This document shows, one piece after another, positions 36,974 through 48,014 of a stretch of DNA of 64,000 nucleotides; position 1 is the stretch's first letter, and the number at the start of each line of letters is the position of its first letter. Both the position numbers and the translations under genes were made by a program. The DNA lies in the IMG/VR virus record IMGVR_UViG_3300044645_002359, positions 1-64,000 of that record; one strand, 5' to 3'. The notes below the pieces were generated by a model. It was not told the origin of the DNA and did not search any database. It saw nothing but the letters and a program-made list of their open reading frames with translations.

Positions 36974-37585
36974 ATGGAAAAGACCCCAACTACAACAAAA
37001 GAGCGGCCGATCTTTTTCAAAGGAGAAATGGTCCGAGCCATTTTGGACGGCAGCAAAACGCAGGAGCGGCGAATCGCTAAAGAGTTTGATGGCTTTCAAA
37101 ATATGGATAAACTTTTGGCTCGGTTCCCTAATCAGGAAGGCTGCCCCTACGGCAAACCTGGCGATCGGTTGTGGATTCGCGAAACGTGGGCCGTTAGCAA
37201 CATGTATGACAAACTCGCGCCATCGGCTATTTGCAAAGACTTGCCAAAGGGTCCTGGCCACGCACCAACCAAAGTCTTGTACCCATCAACCGACAGAATA
37301 TCCGAAGGGATTAAACTTCGCCAATCTATCTTTATGCCCCGCTGGGCCAGCCGCATCACTCTGGAGATCACTGCCATCAGGGTGGAGCAGCTGAATACAA
37401 TCAGTGAGCCTGACGCAATGGCAGAAGGCGTAATTGAAGATTTCAGGCCACCTTTAGACAGGATGGGCATATGCAGCAACTACAGAGTTGCTTACCGAGA
37501 TCTGTGGCAATCCATCCACGGCCCCGGATCATGGGCCGCCAACCCGTGGGTGTGGGTTGTGGAGTTTCGAAGGGTGCAGCTATGA
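36974..37585 (+). CDS. ASCH-like phage protein
   Basis: ERPIFF..EMVRAILDG.KTQ.RR...SIFMPRWASRITLEI...NPWVWVVEF. Confidence 0.8.
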   Translation: MEKTPTTTKERPIFFKGEMVRAILDGSKTQERRIAKEFDGFQNMDKLLARFPNQEGCPYGKPGDRLWIRETWAVSNMYDKLAPSAICKDLPKGPGHAPTKVLYPSTDRISEGIKLRQSIFMPRWASRITLEITAIRVEQLNTISEPDAMAEGVIEDFRPPLDRMGICSNYRVAYRDLWQSIHGPGSWAANPWVWVVEFRRVQL

Positions 37586-38178
37586 GCTACCCAATCCTGG
37601 GAAAAGGCGTGTCAAAACGACTAGGCCCAGCGGTAAACATCATTACTAGGTTTAACACCTTTCGGCCAAGCGCACATTATCCATTGCGCGATGAGTTGGG
37701 TAGGGGTCGCTGGTATTATTCGAAAGAACTATTATCCATAGGCTATCGCCACACCGGCAAAAACATTGTATGGGGTCAAACCATCAGCAGGGGGGAAGGT
37801 CTTCAGTTGCTTTTTGATGATCTTCTAGAACTAGAGTCCAATCTAAATCGCGAGTTGCCTTGGTTTCATCAGTGGCATTATTTGGTGCGTGCTGCTGTAA
37901 TTTCAAGAGCCTTCCATGAAGGGTCCTATTTTTTCAGTAGCATGATGGGTATTGCAATGGGGAACGGCCCTTGGGGCACGCTTAACGGCTCGCATCGCCC
38001 TAGCTTATGCCTTGAAGAATGTCTTTCCTCGCAATGGGAGCACCTTGACGAACAACAAAGAGAACTACGCATTGCTGAGCTTGATTTAGTGGACTTAAAA
38101 GACAAGCTTATGGAGCTGAAAGAAAAAGAAAAACCCCACGTAGGGCACTCGGGGAACGCTCGGAGGATACAACCATGA
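37582..38178 (+). CDS. Hypothetical protein
   Basis: ATGA overlap. Confidence 0.65.
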   Translation: MSYPILGKGVSKRLGPAVNIITRFNTFRPSAHYPLRDELGRGRWYYSKELLSIGYRHTGKNIVWGQTISRGEGLQLLFDDLLELESNLNRELPWFHQWHYLVRAAVISRAFHEGSYFFSSMMGIAMGNGPWGTLNGSHRPSLCLEECLSSQWEHLDEQQRELRIAELDLVDLKDKLMELKEKEKPHVGHSGNARRIQP

Positions 38179-39657
38179 CTCGCCATATGGGCGGAAACTT
38201 TGATGATTTCCTTAGTGATGACGGTCTGTTGGAAGATTGCGAATTGATGGCCCTAGGACGGGTTTCAGGCCATGAAACTAGCCAGGGGTTGGATAGTAAA
38301 GTGATTGAGGAACTAAGGAATATCCACCACGAGCTGCTTGAAAAATCAAAGAACCTCGACCCTGATTCCGAACGCATCCTTAGGGAAAATCTCTGGGACT
38401 TGTATGACTCTTGAGATCAATATGGATGATTTCTGGTTGCATGAAGAAACCAAGCATGAACTCCTACTTATGAGAGCCCGTAAAAAGGTTTGCTCTTATA
38501 ATCAGATTATACCGTCCGAGGATTTCACCACAGATAGCTACCTAGTTTTTCTAGAGTACGCTTCACCGAAGGAGCTGTCTGAGGATATTATAACAGAAGC
38601 TACATTTCAGAAAATTAACCCGATAGGGTGAGGACCATGAAAATTAAACACAAGGACATACTATCACGCGGGCGGTGGAGTGTAGGTGATTTACATCTCA
38701 ATGAAGAACTAGATGAAGAATACAATGTAGACAAAACTTTTGACACCTCGAAACGAGCCCGTTCTTATGCCAAGAGCCTCTTTCTCAGGAACCCTAGCCA
38801 CACCATCTTCCTGACTGCCATCAAGCGAATAAAATTCGATGGTAAATACCTAACTTGTACAAAGAAAGAGTGGGTTGTGACCTTGAAAAGTGGCAAAGTG
38901 AAGTTTAAAAGCAATGGTTTCTATTTTAGCTGATTACCAAAACTAAACGGGCGGTTAACCGCCATAGCCCCCAGGTGACAGTCAGTGTAGGATGACCTTG
39001 GATTTGATCCCCCTTTTTTACAAACCCGTACCCCGGCAGCAATGACATTTAAAGTTTTTACAGTCGAATACCGAGTTGGTGTAGTTTGTTATGATGCACT
39101 ACCCCAAGTAGTATGCACAAGTATGGGCGATTTAAAATCTTTTTGCAGTCTTTTGGAGAGAGATAAAGACGTAATTGAGTATAAAATTACCTCTTGTGGT
39201 GTTACTTTCAGTAAAAAAACTTTAGATGCTGAGTATTTGATGACCAAACTTGTAGAAAAGTTCAATTGGAATTATGAAATTCCAGTGGTTCCATTTGTTT
39301 TTGAGGGTGATTAAATGTTGTAGACAAACTTCCAGATTTGGCATATTCTTGAAATCAACTGGCTCGTCGTGAGCATCTGCCCCGTAATTGACCCATTCGC
39401 ATTACTACCCCACAGCAAAATGGCACGAATCACAGAAGAACAAATCCTGAGCACAATCGGCGAACTTTGGCTTGTCGAGGTAAGAGAGTCTGAACGCGGG
39501 TGGGGAGGTGAGACCTGGAACGAACTTTTCACCACCTTCGGGGAAGCCCAGACTAGATTCATGGAAATTAACAAGGGTAATCCAACCGATCACGTTCCTG
39601 ATTATTACATTGTTGCGTCCAAACCAAGGGTGGCCAAGATACACTTTAACTGAGGGG

Positions 39658-39720
39658 CGGTAAACCGCCCTACCCGGCTCGGTTTCCCGGCTTGTTTCTG
39701 CCACGCAGACACGGTATCAT
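39658..39720 (+). promoter_or_regulatory. Class I repeated promoter
   Basis: cggtaaaccg; TTGTTT-17-TATCAT; ATG 39727. Confidence 0.8.
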
Positions 39721-39726
39721 TAGTTC

Positions 39727-40392
39727 ATGAACGAAGCTCCCTCGAAAACCATGAAACCGCTTCCTGAAGCTGTGACACAAGCTATCCTGTTGAAACCAGG
39801 GGACAGCGTCCAAGTCCCGGCTGTCGGCGTAAAAACAAAGGACGGTTGGAAGTACGAGACCCAAGTCCCTTACCTCCACTTTCGGCAACAACCTGTAGAA
39901 CCCGGTCTGTATCTAGTCACAGACATTTGGATGCACCCGAACGCGACAAATCCGGCTGACCCCTCTTCTTATTGTTACACTCTAAGGAGAATCCGTAGTA
40001 AGCGACGTCTTACTAGCTTAGAGTCAACCTGGAGGGAAAAGTACAAAAAGTCTGGATTTCAAGAGAAGTACTTTTCTTCCCAAAAAGTGAACTACAATTG
40101 CCTCGATTGGGATCAACTTATTAAGGAAGGTAAAGTTAAAACCGATGTGTACAAACCGGGTGAGAAATTCAACCTAGACGAGTTCAAGAAGGATCTTGGT
40201 CAAGTGCTTTACAAGCACAAAGCAACTTTCCGACTTCGTCGCAGTTATGACGGGCCTTGGGATGCTGAGGGTTTTAATGTACTGATGGTATCTGTTCAAG
40301 GGGAAGATAAGGCCACACTTGCGACCGAGTGGCTGGACTTCCCTATCAGACGGTCGGAACCCACCTGGAAGGACGGTAAGCCGAACCGCTGA
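39727..40392 (+). CDS. Hypothetical protein (leaderless)
   Basis: 221-aa ORF. Confidence 0.75.
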   Translation: MNEAPSKTMKPLPEAVTQAILLKPGDSVQVPAVGVKTKDGWKYETQVPYLHFRQQPVEPGLYLVTDIWMHPNATNPADPSSYCYTLRRIRSKRRLTSLESTWREKYKKSGFQEKYFSSQKVNYNCLDWDQLIKEGKVKTDVYKPGEKFNLDEFKKDLGQVLYKHKATFRLRRSYDGPWDAEGFNVLMVSVQGEDKATLATEWLDFPIRRSEPTWKDGKPNR

Positions 40393-40436
40393 GGGCGGTT
40401 AACCGCTCTTGTCCACACCCGAAAAACCTCTATAAT
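40374..40436 (+). promoter_or_regulatory. Class I repeated promoter variant
   Basis: cggtaagccg and cggttaaccg; TTGTCC-16-TATAAT; ATG 40443. Confidence 0.75.
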
Positions 40437-40442
40437 GGAACC

Positions 40443-41082
40443 ATGGAACAAAATCTGCGCCACTACCTGATCGACTGGCTTAACGAGTGGGGCTACAATG
40501 CCCTGGAAGAGTTGGCCGAATTTGACATCCGCGTTGCTCGCGATGAGCGTTACCCGAACCTCTTCAACCTGAAGTACGGCAGCGTGATGGCGGACAAGTC
40601 GCTGCCGATCGTTCGCGCTTGTCGTGGTGCTGTGGTTGAGCGTGTTGATAACGATGGCGACCACTCGCCGTACTACCGCCTGGTAGCGTATGCTTTCGAT
40701 CGTTTCTTCAACGTCGGCGAAGGTTATTGTCACGAACTAGATTGGTCGCATACCAAGGTTTATGAGAAGTACGATGGTTGCTTACATGCTGAGACTAAGG
40801 TAGAAACCTCAAAAGGTACAAACTATCAAAGAGATTTGCGAGAAGCCTGATGAAGTCAAAGTTTACGGCTTCGACCACAAATCTGAAGAGAAAGTAGAAG
40901 TTCCCATTGAGGCTGTCTCTGTCAAACAATGCAAGCCTGACACCCAGTGGTACAAAATCACATTGGAGAACGGAAACACCATCGTTCTAACAGGGAACCA
41001 TAAAGTCTGGGATGAAGTGTCCCATTCCTACATCAGAGTAGATCAACTTTCTGGAGAAGAGGAACTAAAGGAGTTTACTTGA
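40443..41082 (+). CDS. RNA ligase 1 N-extein plus N-half of split intein (frameshift at ~40810-40824)
   Basis: CRG...YAFDRFFN..E...YEKYDG|CLHAETKVET...LTGNHKVW...EELKEFT*. Confidence 0.85.
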
Positions 41083-42131
41083 TACTTGACACTTTCACTA
41101 AGCTCATCTAGACTCATGTCCCGAATGTCTCTCTCCCAGATGTATATTACCGTAAACCCGTATTTCTCCGCAACTCCCTTCTTCTCTATATCCCTCTCCC
41201 AAATTTCTTCCACAAGGGTACTACCCCCTCCCGGAAGGTGAATACTGTCCCCAAACGAATAGATTTCGGGGTTAGCGTGCCAATAGTCCCCCTGGACCTC
41301 TATTAGCACTTTGGTCCCCGTAATCAAAAAGTCAAATTGCCTTCTGGCAACAAATCGAGAGAACTGAAATTTCAGACCCGCAAGTTCTAAAGCTTGAGAC
41401 ACCTTTTCTTCAACCTTGTTCATTTTCGTAAAAAACTTACCACTCAAGAAGTCATCATTGACTTGCTTCCAGAATTTCCTTGTAAGCTCTCCTCTTCTTT
41501 CGGAGTACTCCTGCTTTCTTTCCTCGCCCCACCCCCTTCTCGTTTCCCTGAGTTTTTCTGCTATTGAACTCATCTTTTCCAAGGAAAAAGAAGCTCTAGT
41601 CAGAGAAATTGCCTCCGGGTTGGTAACCCTAAGCTTACCATAGCGCTCAAGATGAGTTTCGTTTATCTTTTCTTTGACATCTGAAAGTTGGAAAACATTG
41701 TCCACCCCGTACTTTGATCTAACTGTTTCATTTCTCTTGTGGTAAAATTCAGTTCCCTTACAGAGAACATTATTCACTCCGTACTTTTCTTGAGAAACTT
41801 TCACCATTTTACTTTTCTTTTGATTTGAACCATTAGCTTCTTTAATTTTTCTTACAGGTATCTCAAAGTAGTCCATTAGAAAAGATAGTCTCCTGCCCGG
41901 TAATCCAAAAAGCTCTTTGAAGTCCGGGAAGCTGAACCCCTTAATCAGGTACAAGTGCTTTAGTTTTCTGCCACTCTCTAGTTTCAGCGCCGGGTAGCTA
42001 AGCTTCAAGGTGTTAAACCTGTACTCCTTTTCCGATAAACCAGGCCCCTTAAGACAGGTTTTCAAATGAATCTTCCTTCCACACTCCTTAAGACAAACAA
42101 AGCAAACCAAACTCTTAACTAGAACCCCCAT
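41043..42131 (-). mobile_element. Free-standing Vsr/DUF559-like homing endonuclease, antisense, between the intein halves
   Basis: KYGVNNV/KYGVDNVFQ repeats; FDF...LIEVQGDYWHA...IYIWERDI. Confidence 0.85.
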
Positions 42132-43008
42132 GAAAATCTCCAAAATAGAAAAGATAGAAAGTGACTCCCACCTATATGATATACAAACTTTTACCCGTAA
42201 CTTCTACGCTGAGGGGGTATTGGTACACAATAGCTTAATCAAGCTCTTCAACTACAACGGGGACTGGATTGTTTCGACGTCCGGATCGGTGGCAGCAGCT
42301 TCGGAAGTTGGTTCCACTGGGCGTTCTTTTGAGGAACTGTTCTGGCTTGTCTTTGACGAAGTTGGTTATTCTCGGGAATGGCTCGATGAGGGTCTGTGCT
42401 ATATCTTCGAACTGTGCCACCGCGATAACCGCATCGTTGTGGATTATGCAGAGCCTCAGTTACCGCTGCTGGCTGTGCGCGACCGTTCCAACGATTTCGA
42501 AGAGCTTGAACTTGTTTCGTTCTGCAACCTGTTCGGGTTCAAAGCTGCCAAGTCGTATGACCTGGGGAGCATGGAAGGCTTGATGGCAGTCGTGAACGAT
42601 CGTGGCGCCGACCACGAAGGGTTTATCCTGTTTGACGGTGTTGGTCGTGCGAAAGCAAAGTCCGATGTGTACTGCCAAATGCACCGTGTTCGCGGAAACG
42701 GCGATCCGGACTTCTCCGAGCTTTTTCTGAACGACGATTTGGAAGAATTCCTACTGCACTTCCCTGAGTACCGTGAGGGCTTCGACGTTCACCTGCGTTC
42801 CATCGACATAATGGAAGTTGCTGTGGAAGAGATCATGGGGGTTTACAACCACTTGAATCAGAAGGACTTTGCTCAAGTTGTAATTGCTAAGGAGAGGGAA
42901 CTGTCGGGGGCTTGTTTTGCGATTCGCTCCGGTAAAGTTGGCTCCTTCGGTCAGTGGCTGGAAGGCTTGTCTCCGAAGAAGCTGGATGCCCTGCTGGGTA
43001 TCAACTGA
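42130..43008 (+). CDS. C-half of split intein (34 aa) plus RNA ligase 1 C-extein
   Basis: MKISKIEK...LYDIQ...NFYAEGVLVHN|SLIKLF..GDW.VSTSG...YIFEL...HEGFILFD...AKAKS. Confidence 0.9.
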   Translation: MKISKIEKIESDSHLYDIQTFTRNFYAEGVLVHNSLIKLFNYNGDWIVSTSGSVAAASEVGSTGRSFEELFWLVFDEVGYSREWLDEGLCYIFELCHRDNRIVVDYAEPQLPLLAVRDRSNDFEELELVSFCNLFGFKAAKSYDLGSMEGLMAVVNDRGADHEGFILFDGVGRAKAKSDVYCQMHRVRGNGDPDFSELFLNDDLEEFLLHFPEYREGFDVHLRSIDIMEVAVEEIMGVYNHLNQKDFAQVVIAKERELSGACFAIRSGKVGSFGQWLEGLSPKKLDALLGIN

Positions 43009-43365
43009 CCTTAATTCCCTTTAGTAAAATCCAAACAAAATGTCAATGTCAACCTACGTCTACGGTTATCGTTCCCCTGACGATGACGAACATCAAAAAC
43101 ATCTCAAAGTTCTAAGAGTTTGCCGCGAAGTTGGGGTTTCCCTTCCAGATGAAACTTCGGACTATTTCGACGGTGTCAAACCAGAGTATATCGACCCAGA
43201 TTGTACTCTGAAAGTGAGGATCCCGTTCATGAAGTCGTCCCCTGTCCTGGTTCCGCAGGCTATGAGATCATCCTTTCGGAGATTCCCCAAGGTGTCCATA
43301 AAATTCGATTTGAACATAGTTGGTAATCCCTAGTTTTCTTTCTTACACATGCACTCAACGAAACT

Positions 43366-43671
43366 ATGAACCCGAACAACGACGATCTGAACTATCTGCT
43401 TAGCCTACCCACCCCCAGACTGCTCAAGGTATTTCAAAGAGTGCGCGGCCAGTTGAGCGTGATAAATGAGTGTGACTGGGACAATTATAAACTTCAAGAC
43501 GAGGAACTTAACTGGCTTCCTGAAAATGCGGATGTTTCGAGGTGAGTTACAGACGAACACGGTCACCCTAAGTTTAACCCAATATATGGGGCTTTGCAGA
43601 TCAGAAATCTAGTGAATCTAAAAGAGAATCTTAAGGCAGAACTTGGCAAAAGGGAACATGTCACCCGTTGA
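43366..43671 (+). pseudogene. Hypothetical ORF with in-frame TGA at 43543
   Basis: ...DVSR*VTDEHGHP...LKAELGKREHV. Confidence 0.55.
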
Positions 43672-43925
43672 ATTCATTACAATTTCATCCTTTATATAAA
43701 ATGATTTCAGTTCAATTTACAAACGCTGATTATGGCAATTCACCCATCGACCATTACCCAGTGACACTTCCTTCAATTCCTGAGAGAGATAGTTTGGTGG
43801 AACTAGATGGAAAGTTACACCGTTTCAATGGCTCAACCTGGGAAGTCTGGTCCCATAGCAATACACACGAGGTTAAGGTTGGCTTGTGTCCCATTTATTC
43901 CGAAAGTAATTAACACGTCAGCAAA

Positions 43926-44399
43926 ATGGCAAAGTCTCAACATTATATCAATGCCCATGGTGAAGAAATTGACTTCACAGTTCAAGTGGCTACTCGTCCG
44001 AACCTTCGAGACAGTATTTCATACATGTTTCAATACCGTGGAATGAACATCCTTGAGCAGATGTTTGACAAGTGCGAAGTGGATCTCACCGTAGAAAAAT
44101 TTGACCTTGAGTACCCCGAGCGATGGGCAAACTTGCTAGAGCTAAGAGCCATCCCTGAGAGAATGATGGTATGTTTTCCCAATCTAAAGACGGTATTCAT
44201 TCAAACCCACTCTGTTTACCTTATTCAGAGCGTACATAATGGTCACGTATTTATTGAGAAATTAATGGATGAAGAAGGTAACGAGGTGATCTACGATGAG
44301 GGAGACCCCAAAGATTTGACAAAACGCTATTGCCCACTTAATCGTGAGTTCAAGGGAATGTTCGTAGCCACTCCCAGTTCGATTCAACATATCCTTTAA
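43926..44399 (+). CDS. Hypothetical protein
   Basis: PERWANLLE...IQTHSVYLIQ. Confidence 0.7.
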   Translation: MAKSQHYINAHGEEIDFTVQVATRPNLRDSISYMFQYRGMNILEQMFDKCEVDLTVEKFDLEYPERWANLLELRAIPERMMVCFPNLKTVFIQTHSVYLIQSVHNGHVFIEKLMDEEGNEVIYDEGDPKDLTKRYCPLNREFKGMFVATPSSIQHIL

Positions 44400-44759
44400 A
44401 TGGCCGAAATCAAAGTAGTCAACAAGTACCACATCGGCGGGAGGCCGATGAAGCCCCCGGAAGGAGTCATTCGTGCAGCAGTTTACCGCAGCACACCTTT
44501 AGGCAACCCTTTCAAAATGGTTAACTCTTCTATTGAGGAGAGGAACAGGGTGTGCGACGCTTACGAACAATGGTTACCAGCTAAGCTCCTGCAAGATGGA
44601 GCTGAGTTAGCCCAGTTCAACGAACTACTGAAACTAGCTCAAACACCGGGGTGCGAGGCACTAGAACTAATCTGCCATTGCGCCCCAAAACGTTGCCACG
44701 GAGACACCATTAAACGCTTACTCGAAACAGAACTTCAAAATGAAATTACCTTTGACTAA
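44400..44759 (+). CDS. DUF4326-like protein
   Basis: VYRSTPLGNPF...LICHCAPKRCHGDTIK. Confidence 0.85.
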   Translation: MAEIKVVNKYHIGGRPMKPPEGVIRAAVYRSTPLGNPFKMVNSSIEERNRVCDAYEQWLPAKLLQDGAELAQFNELLKLAQTPGCEALELICHCAPKRCHGDTIKRLLETELQNEITFD

Positions 44760-44975
44760 CGTCCTGTCAGAACTCTCTACTGAAGACAAGAATCTTTACA
44801 CGGCACTTTTGAGTGTCGTCACAGTTGTAATTCTGCTCCTGCTGGGAATGACCTCTTGTGCTATCACGGAAAGTCGAGAGCGGATTAATAGAACAATCCT
44901 AGATTGCAGAAGTACAGCTGTTAATAGAGTCGAGTCAACAGATACACTCGACTTGATTTGTGGGAAACTGCCTCA

Positions 44976-45716
44976 GTGACACACTCCCGATATGCCATTA
45001 TCGGAGACGTTCACTCTCAAGCATTCCCCTTGAAGAATGCCCTAGACTACTGTTACGATAACAACTTAACTCCAATTATTCTTGGCGACCTTTTTGATTC
45101 GCAGTGTCAGGTTTCAGAGTCAGTTTCTGTTTACAACCTTGTAAGAAAGTCTCAGGGCGATCTTGGAGCGATTGTACTTCGCTCGAACCACCAGCACCTC
45201 CTTGAGAAACTTATCAAAAAAGAAGAGGTTTCCCTTAAAAAAGACTTGTGTAAAACAGTCAGAGAGTTTCAAGAGGCAGGAATTTGTCTAACTGAGGTAG
45301 GGCAGTGGCTTGAAACTTTCCCTTACGTTTTCGCCTTCCGAGACTCTCGAGGACAAGAGTACAGAGTCGCTCACGCGGAAATTCCTGCTTCAGTAAAGGT
45401 ACCGAACTTCGATCAAACCTGGATGTATCTTCACCCCACGGAACAAGAGCTGCGATGCCTGCTTTGGGGCGCCGATTACTCCCTGCCCAACCGTGACCGG
45501 TTCTGGTGGCTCGGGAAGCCCGAGAGGGACTGGGTAGCCGTCGCGGGCCATTACCACAAGGTTGTCAACGATGGCCGCTCTCTCGTCCTCGACGCTGGGT
45601 GTGGAGGGAAGACCCGCGCCTGGTACGACAAGCGTCCCCCTGCGTTACTTCTCTACGACGTTGAGGTCCAAAGCCTGATTGAATTCCCGGCTTTTGATAA
45701 CTCGGTCGTAGGGTAA
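44976..45716 (+). CDS. Calcineurin-like metallophosphoesterase (paralog A)
   Basis: GDVHSQ...LGDLFD...SNHQ...AH...GHYH. Confidence 0.85.
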   Translation: MTHSRYAIIGDVHSQAFPLKNALDYCYDNNLTPIILGDLFDSQCQVSESVSVYNLVRKSQGDLGAIVLRSNHQHLLEKLIKKEEVSLKKDLCKTVREFQEAGICLTEVGQWLETFPYVFAFRDSRGQEYRVAHAEIPASVKVPNFDQTWMYLHPTEQELRCLLWGADYSLPNRDRFWWLGKPERDWVAVAGHYHKVVNDGRSLVLDAGCGGKTRAWYDKRPPALLLYDVEVQSLIEFPAFDNSVVG

Positions 45717-45741
45717 GTTTCATCAGCGCAACTTCTTGATA

Positions 45742-46386
45742 ATGAATCCTGGGTCAATCTCCGAAAGCACTCGCGAACTTGTATTTGACTTTACTCGGTG
45801 CGTCAAAGCCGACGGGAGCTTTTATGGTACGTCAGGTAAGTGCCGAAAAGGCTCCGAAGTTGATGCCAAGGAAAAACCCTATAAAGTAGGAGTAACTTGG
45901 GGCAAGTACAATATTCCAACCCCAGGCCACGCTCGCGTTGTCAAGAACCTGCTCAAGAAATCTCAGGTTGTGAACGTGATTATGAGCGGAGCGAAGACCA
46001 ACGTCGACTGGAACTTGCGAAATCTAATGTTTCGCCGAGTGCTCAAGCAACAAGGGGTGGACGTTTCTCGTGTGAAATTCGTTCACGCCTCAAATACCTT
46101 TGAAGCTCTGACAAAGATCATTGATTCTCAAGGTTCGAAAAATGTTCTCCTTGCACTTGGCGAAGATCGTAAGAACTACCTAGATGGACTGACCAAAAAG
46201 TTAGGGATCGGAGGGCAGTTAATCCCTCGTGCCGCTGGGTCGGAAAGTTCAACTATGATGCGTGGGTTGATTGACTCCAAGGACTTCAAAAAGTTAGGAG
46301 AAATATACGGCAATGATCCTTATTTGGTGAAACTGGCTAGAATTATCCGGAACGAAGAGACGAAGAGGGACGGTAAACCGAACTGA
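45742..46386 (+). CDS. DFTRC-family protein with HIGH-type nucleotidyltransferase domain
   Basis: FDFTRCVKADGSFYGTSGKCRKG; GKYNIPTPGHARV...GEDR...SST.MR. Confidence 0.75.
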   Translation: MNPGSISESTRELVFDFTRCVKADGSFYGTSGKCRKGSEVDAKEKPYKVGVTWGKYNIPTPGHARVVKNLLKKSQVVNVIMSGAKTNVDWNLRNLMFRRVLKQQGVDVSRVKFVHASNTFEALTKIIDSQGSKNVLLALGEDRKNYLDGLTKKLGIGGQLIPRAAGSESSTMMRGLIDSKDFKKLGEIYGNDPYLVKLARIIRNEETKRDGKPN

Positions 46387-46433
46387 AGCCTTCGGCTTCC
46401 ACCCTTGTTTTCGCTGAGCGAAAGCGGTATGAT
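46371..46433 (+). promoter_or_regulatory. Class I repeated promoter
   Basis: cggtaaaccg; TTGTTT-17-TATGAT; ATG 46440. Confidence 0.85.
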
Positions 46434-46439
46434 TAATGT

Positions 46440-46763
46440 ATGAAAAGGAAAGTTAAAAAGAGAATCCAAAAACGGCTTCAGAAAAAAGTCTTTGATTTCG
46501 TACACCCGGTAGATCTGAACAAGGTTGTACCTCAAATTGAGAAAAACAAAAGGGCTATTCAGGCTCTTAGGGCTTTACACCTTGCTTACGATTCCGATCG
46601 ACGGAGCGGTAGTGAGACCTACGGGTACTCTAGTTTAGAGAGTATCGAATCTAGCTTAGAGTACATCTGCGATCGCTGGGGCTGTGCATTCCGCTTAACT
46701 TGGCTTCTCGGAGTACCTGAAGCAGTGAGCAACCTGAAACAATTCAACTCATCTTCAAAATGA
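46440..46763 (+). CDS. Hypothetical protein (leaderless)
   Basis: ATG 6 nt after -10. Confidence 0.65.
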   Translation: MKRKVKKRIQKRLQKKVFDFVHPVDLNKVVPQIEKNKRAIQALRALHLAYDSDRRSGSETYGYSSLESIESSLEYICDRWGCAFRLTWLLGVPEAVSNLKQFNSSSK

Positions 46764-47065
46764 CCCTCAAGAATCTGAAAACTTTCCAGTCTGAAATCGA
46801 AAATCTTCTGAAGTTCGTGAAAAGAACTATTCAGTCTGATGACCGAGCTTGTGAAGATGACACCCTTCCTGGAATTCTGGTGACGGTTGGCGCCGGTGAG
46901 AACGATGACGGTTCTTTCTCTTGGAGTTACCAGACCGGTGACAACAGCTATACTGGAGGGGCATACGGCTTTCCCCACTGGGCCGTAATCAGCCTGCATC
47001 GCCGGAGCAACTGCCGCGCTCTTGCTCAGGATGCTGTGAACGAAATTCTCTACAGCCTAGTTTGA
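46760..47065 (+). CDS. Conserved phage hypothetical protein
   Basis: WSYQTGDNSYTGGAYG.PHWAV. Confidence 0.75.
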   Translation: MTLKNLKTFQSEIENLLKFVKRTIQSDDRACEDDTLPGILVTVGAGENDDGSFSWSYQTGDNSYTGGAYGFPHWAVISLHRRSNCRALAQDAVNEILYSLV

Positions 47066-47100
47066 TACAGCGAATTCAACCCACTTAAACAACCGAAACC

Positions 47101-47481
47101 ATGCCTTGCAGTGACCCTTTCCCCTATGATCTCCCGGAGCCCCCTCCAAGGGAGCACACTCAACAAAAACTAAAATCAAACTCCTCTTACCAGAGAGCGA
47201 AGAATCTGGGACTTTACGGAGTCGAAACCACCGACGAAGAACTCCCTGGCAGATTGATGGAAATTGCGTGCCAGGCGTTTCAAGAGTTGGATAATGCCCT
47301 CTCTGTGCTTATGTTTCCTGGGTTCGTGTACGAGTGTAAATTTCCAGAAAACCACGAATGGTGGATCAACCATCAAGCGCGTGATGCAAAACGACTCGAA
47401 AGAGTTCTAGAGAATGCCCTAGCTAAACTAAGTGCTGAAGAGCAAGAGGTTCTCAAGGCTTTCTTCGGAGAGCAAAAATGA
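47101..47481 (+). CDS. Hypothetical protein, C-terminal ALAKLSAEE
   Basis: MPCSD...WW..HQ..DAKR. Confidence 0.7.
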   Translation: MPCSDPFPYDLPEPPPREHTQQKLKSNSSYQRAKNLGLYGVETTDEELPGRLMEIACQAFQELDNALSVLMFPGFVYECKFPENHEWWINHQARDAKRLERVLENALAKLSAEEQEVLKAFFGEQK

Positions 47482-48011
47482 ATACCATTGAACGAATTGC
47501 GGAGAACCTGGCTATATCTCTCTTAGAGTTTACGGGGAATTACTCAGGGTCTCCTTACAAAGAGAAGGCGGAGAAGGCTCTGGCAGAGTACAATATATGG
47601 GTGAGTAAAGGTTTGCAGTACGCTGCGGCGACCGGGTCTTTGAAGGACTTGGAGAAAGACATTTACTGGTTTCTCTGTGAGAACGAAGACAGCAGAACCG
47701 TTCAGTCTGCCGAGGTTGCAAGGATGGTTGAAGCCTTCCTAATCAGGCAGTCTGCTAAAGTAGACGCTGGCTCTCAAACACATGGAAAAACTTCCAGTGT
47801 AAGGGTGGATCCAGACAAAGTCATGCGATCTTTTCAAGAGGCCCTAGAGTCAGGACTCTCGCAGGAAAGTGCGGTAGGGCAAGCAATCCTGTCGGCAACT
47901 CAGCAAATGTGGAGCCAATCTGATCTAGATGCCAATAGCGCTTCGATTCTATGCAGCTTTTCGGACCTGTGGAAAGAACTTTCCCTAAGCAAACCCTCTG
48001 AACAAACCTGA
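47478..48011 (+). CDS. Hypothetical protein
   Basis: Tiled ORF. Confidence 0.65.
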   Translation: MNTIERIAENLAISLLEFTGNYSGSPYKEKAEKALAEYNIWVSKGLQYAAATGSLKDLEKDIYWFLCENEDSRTVQSAEVARMVEAFLIRQSAKVDAGSQTHGKTSSVRVDPDKVMRSFQEALESGLSQESAVGQAILSATQQMWSQSDLDANSASILCSFSDLWKELSLSKPSEQT

Positions 48012-48014
48012 ACA

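Noticed and set aside
40810-40824. Programmed +1 frameshift controlling the N-intein
   Set aside because: No recognisable shift signal, and similar one-base indels occur throughout the window, so error is more likely. Reads are needed to settle it.
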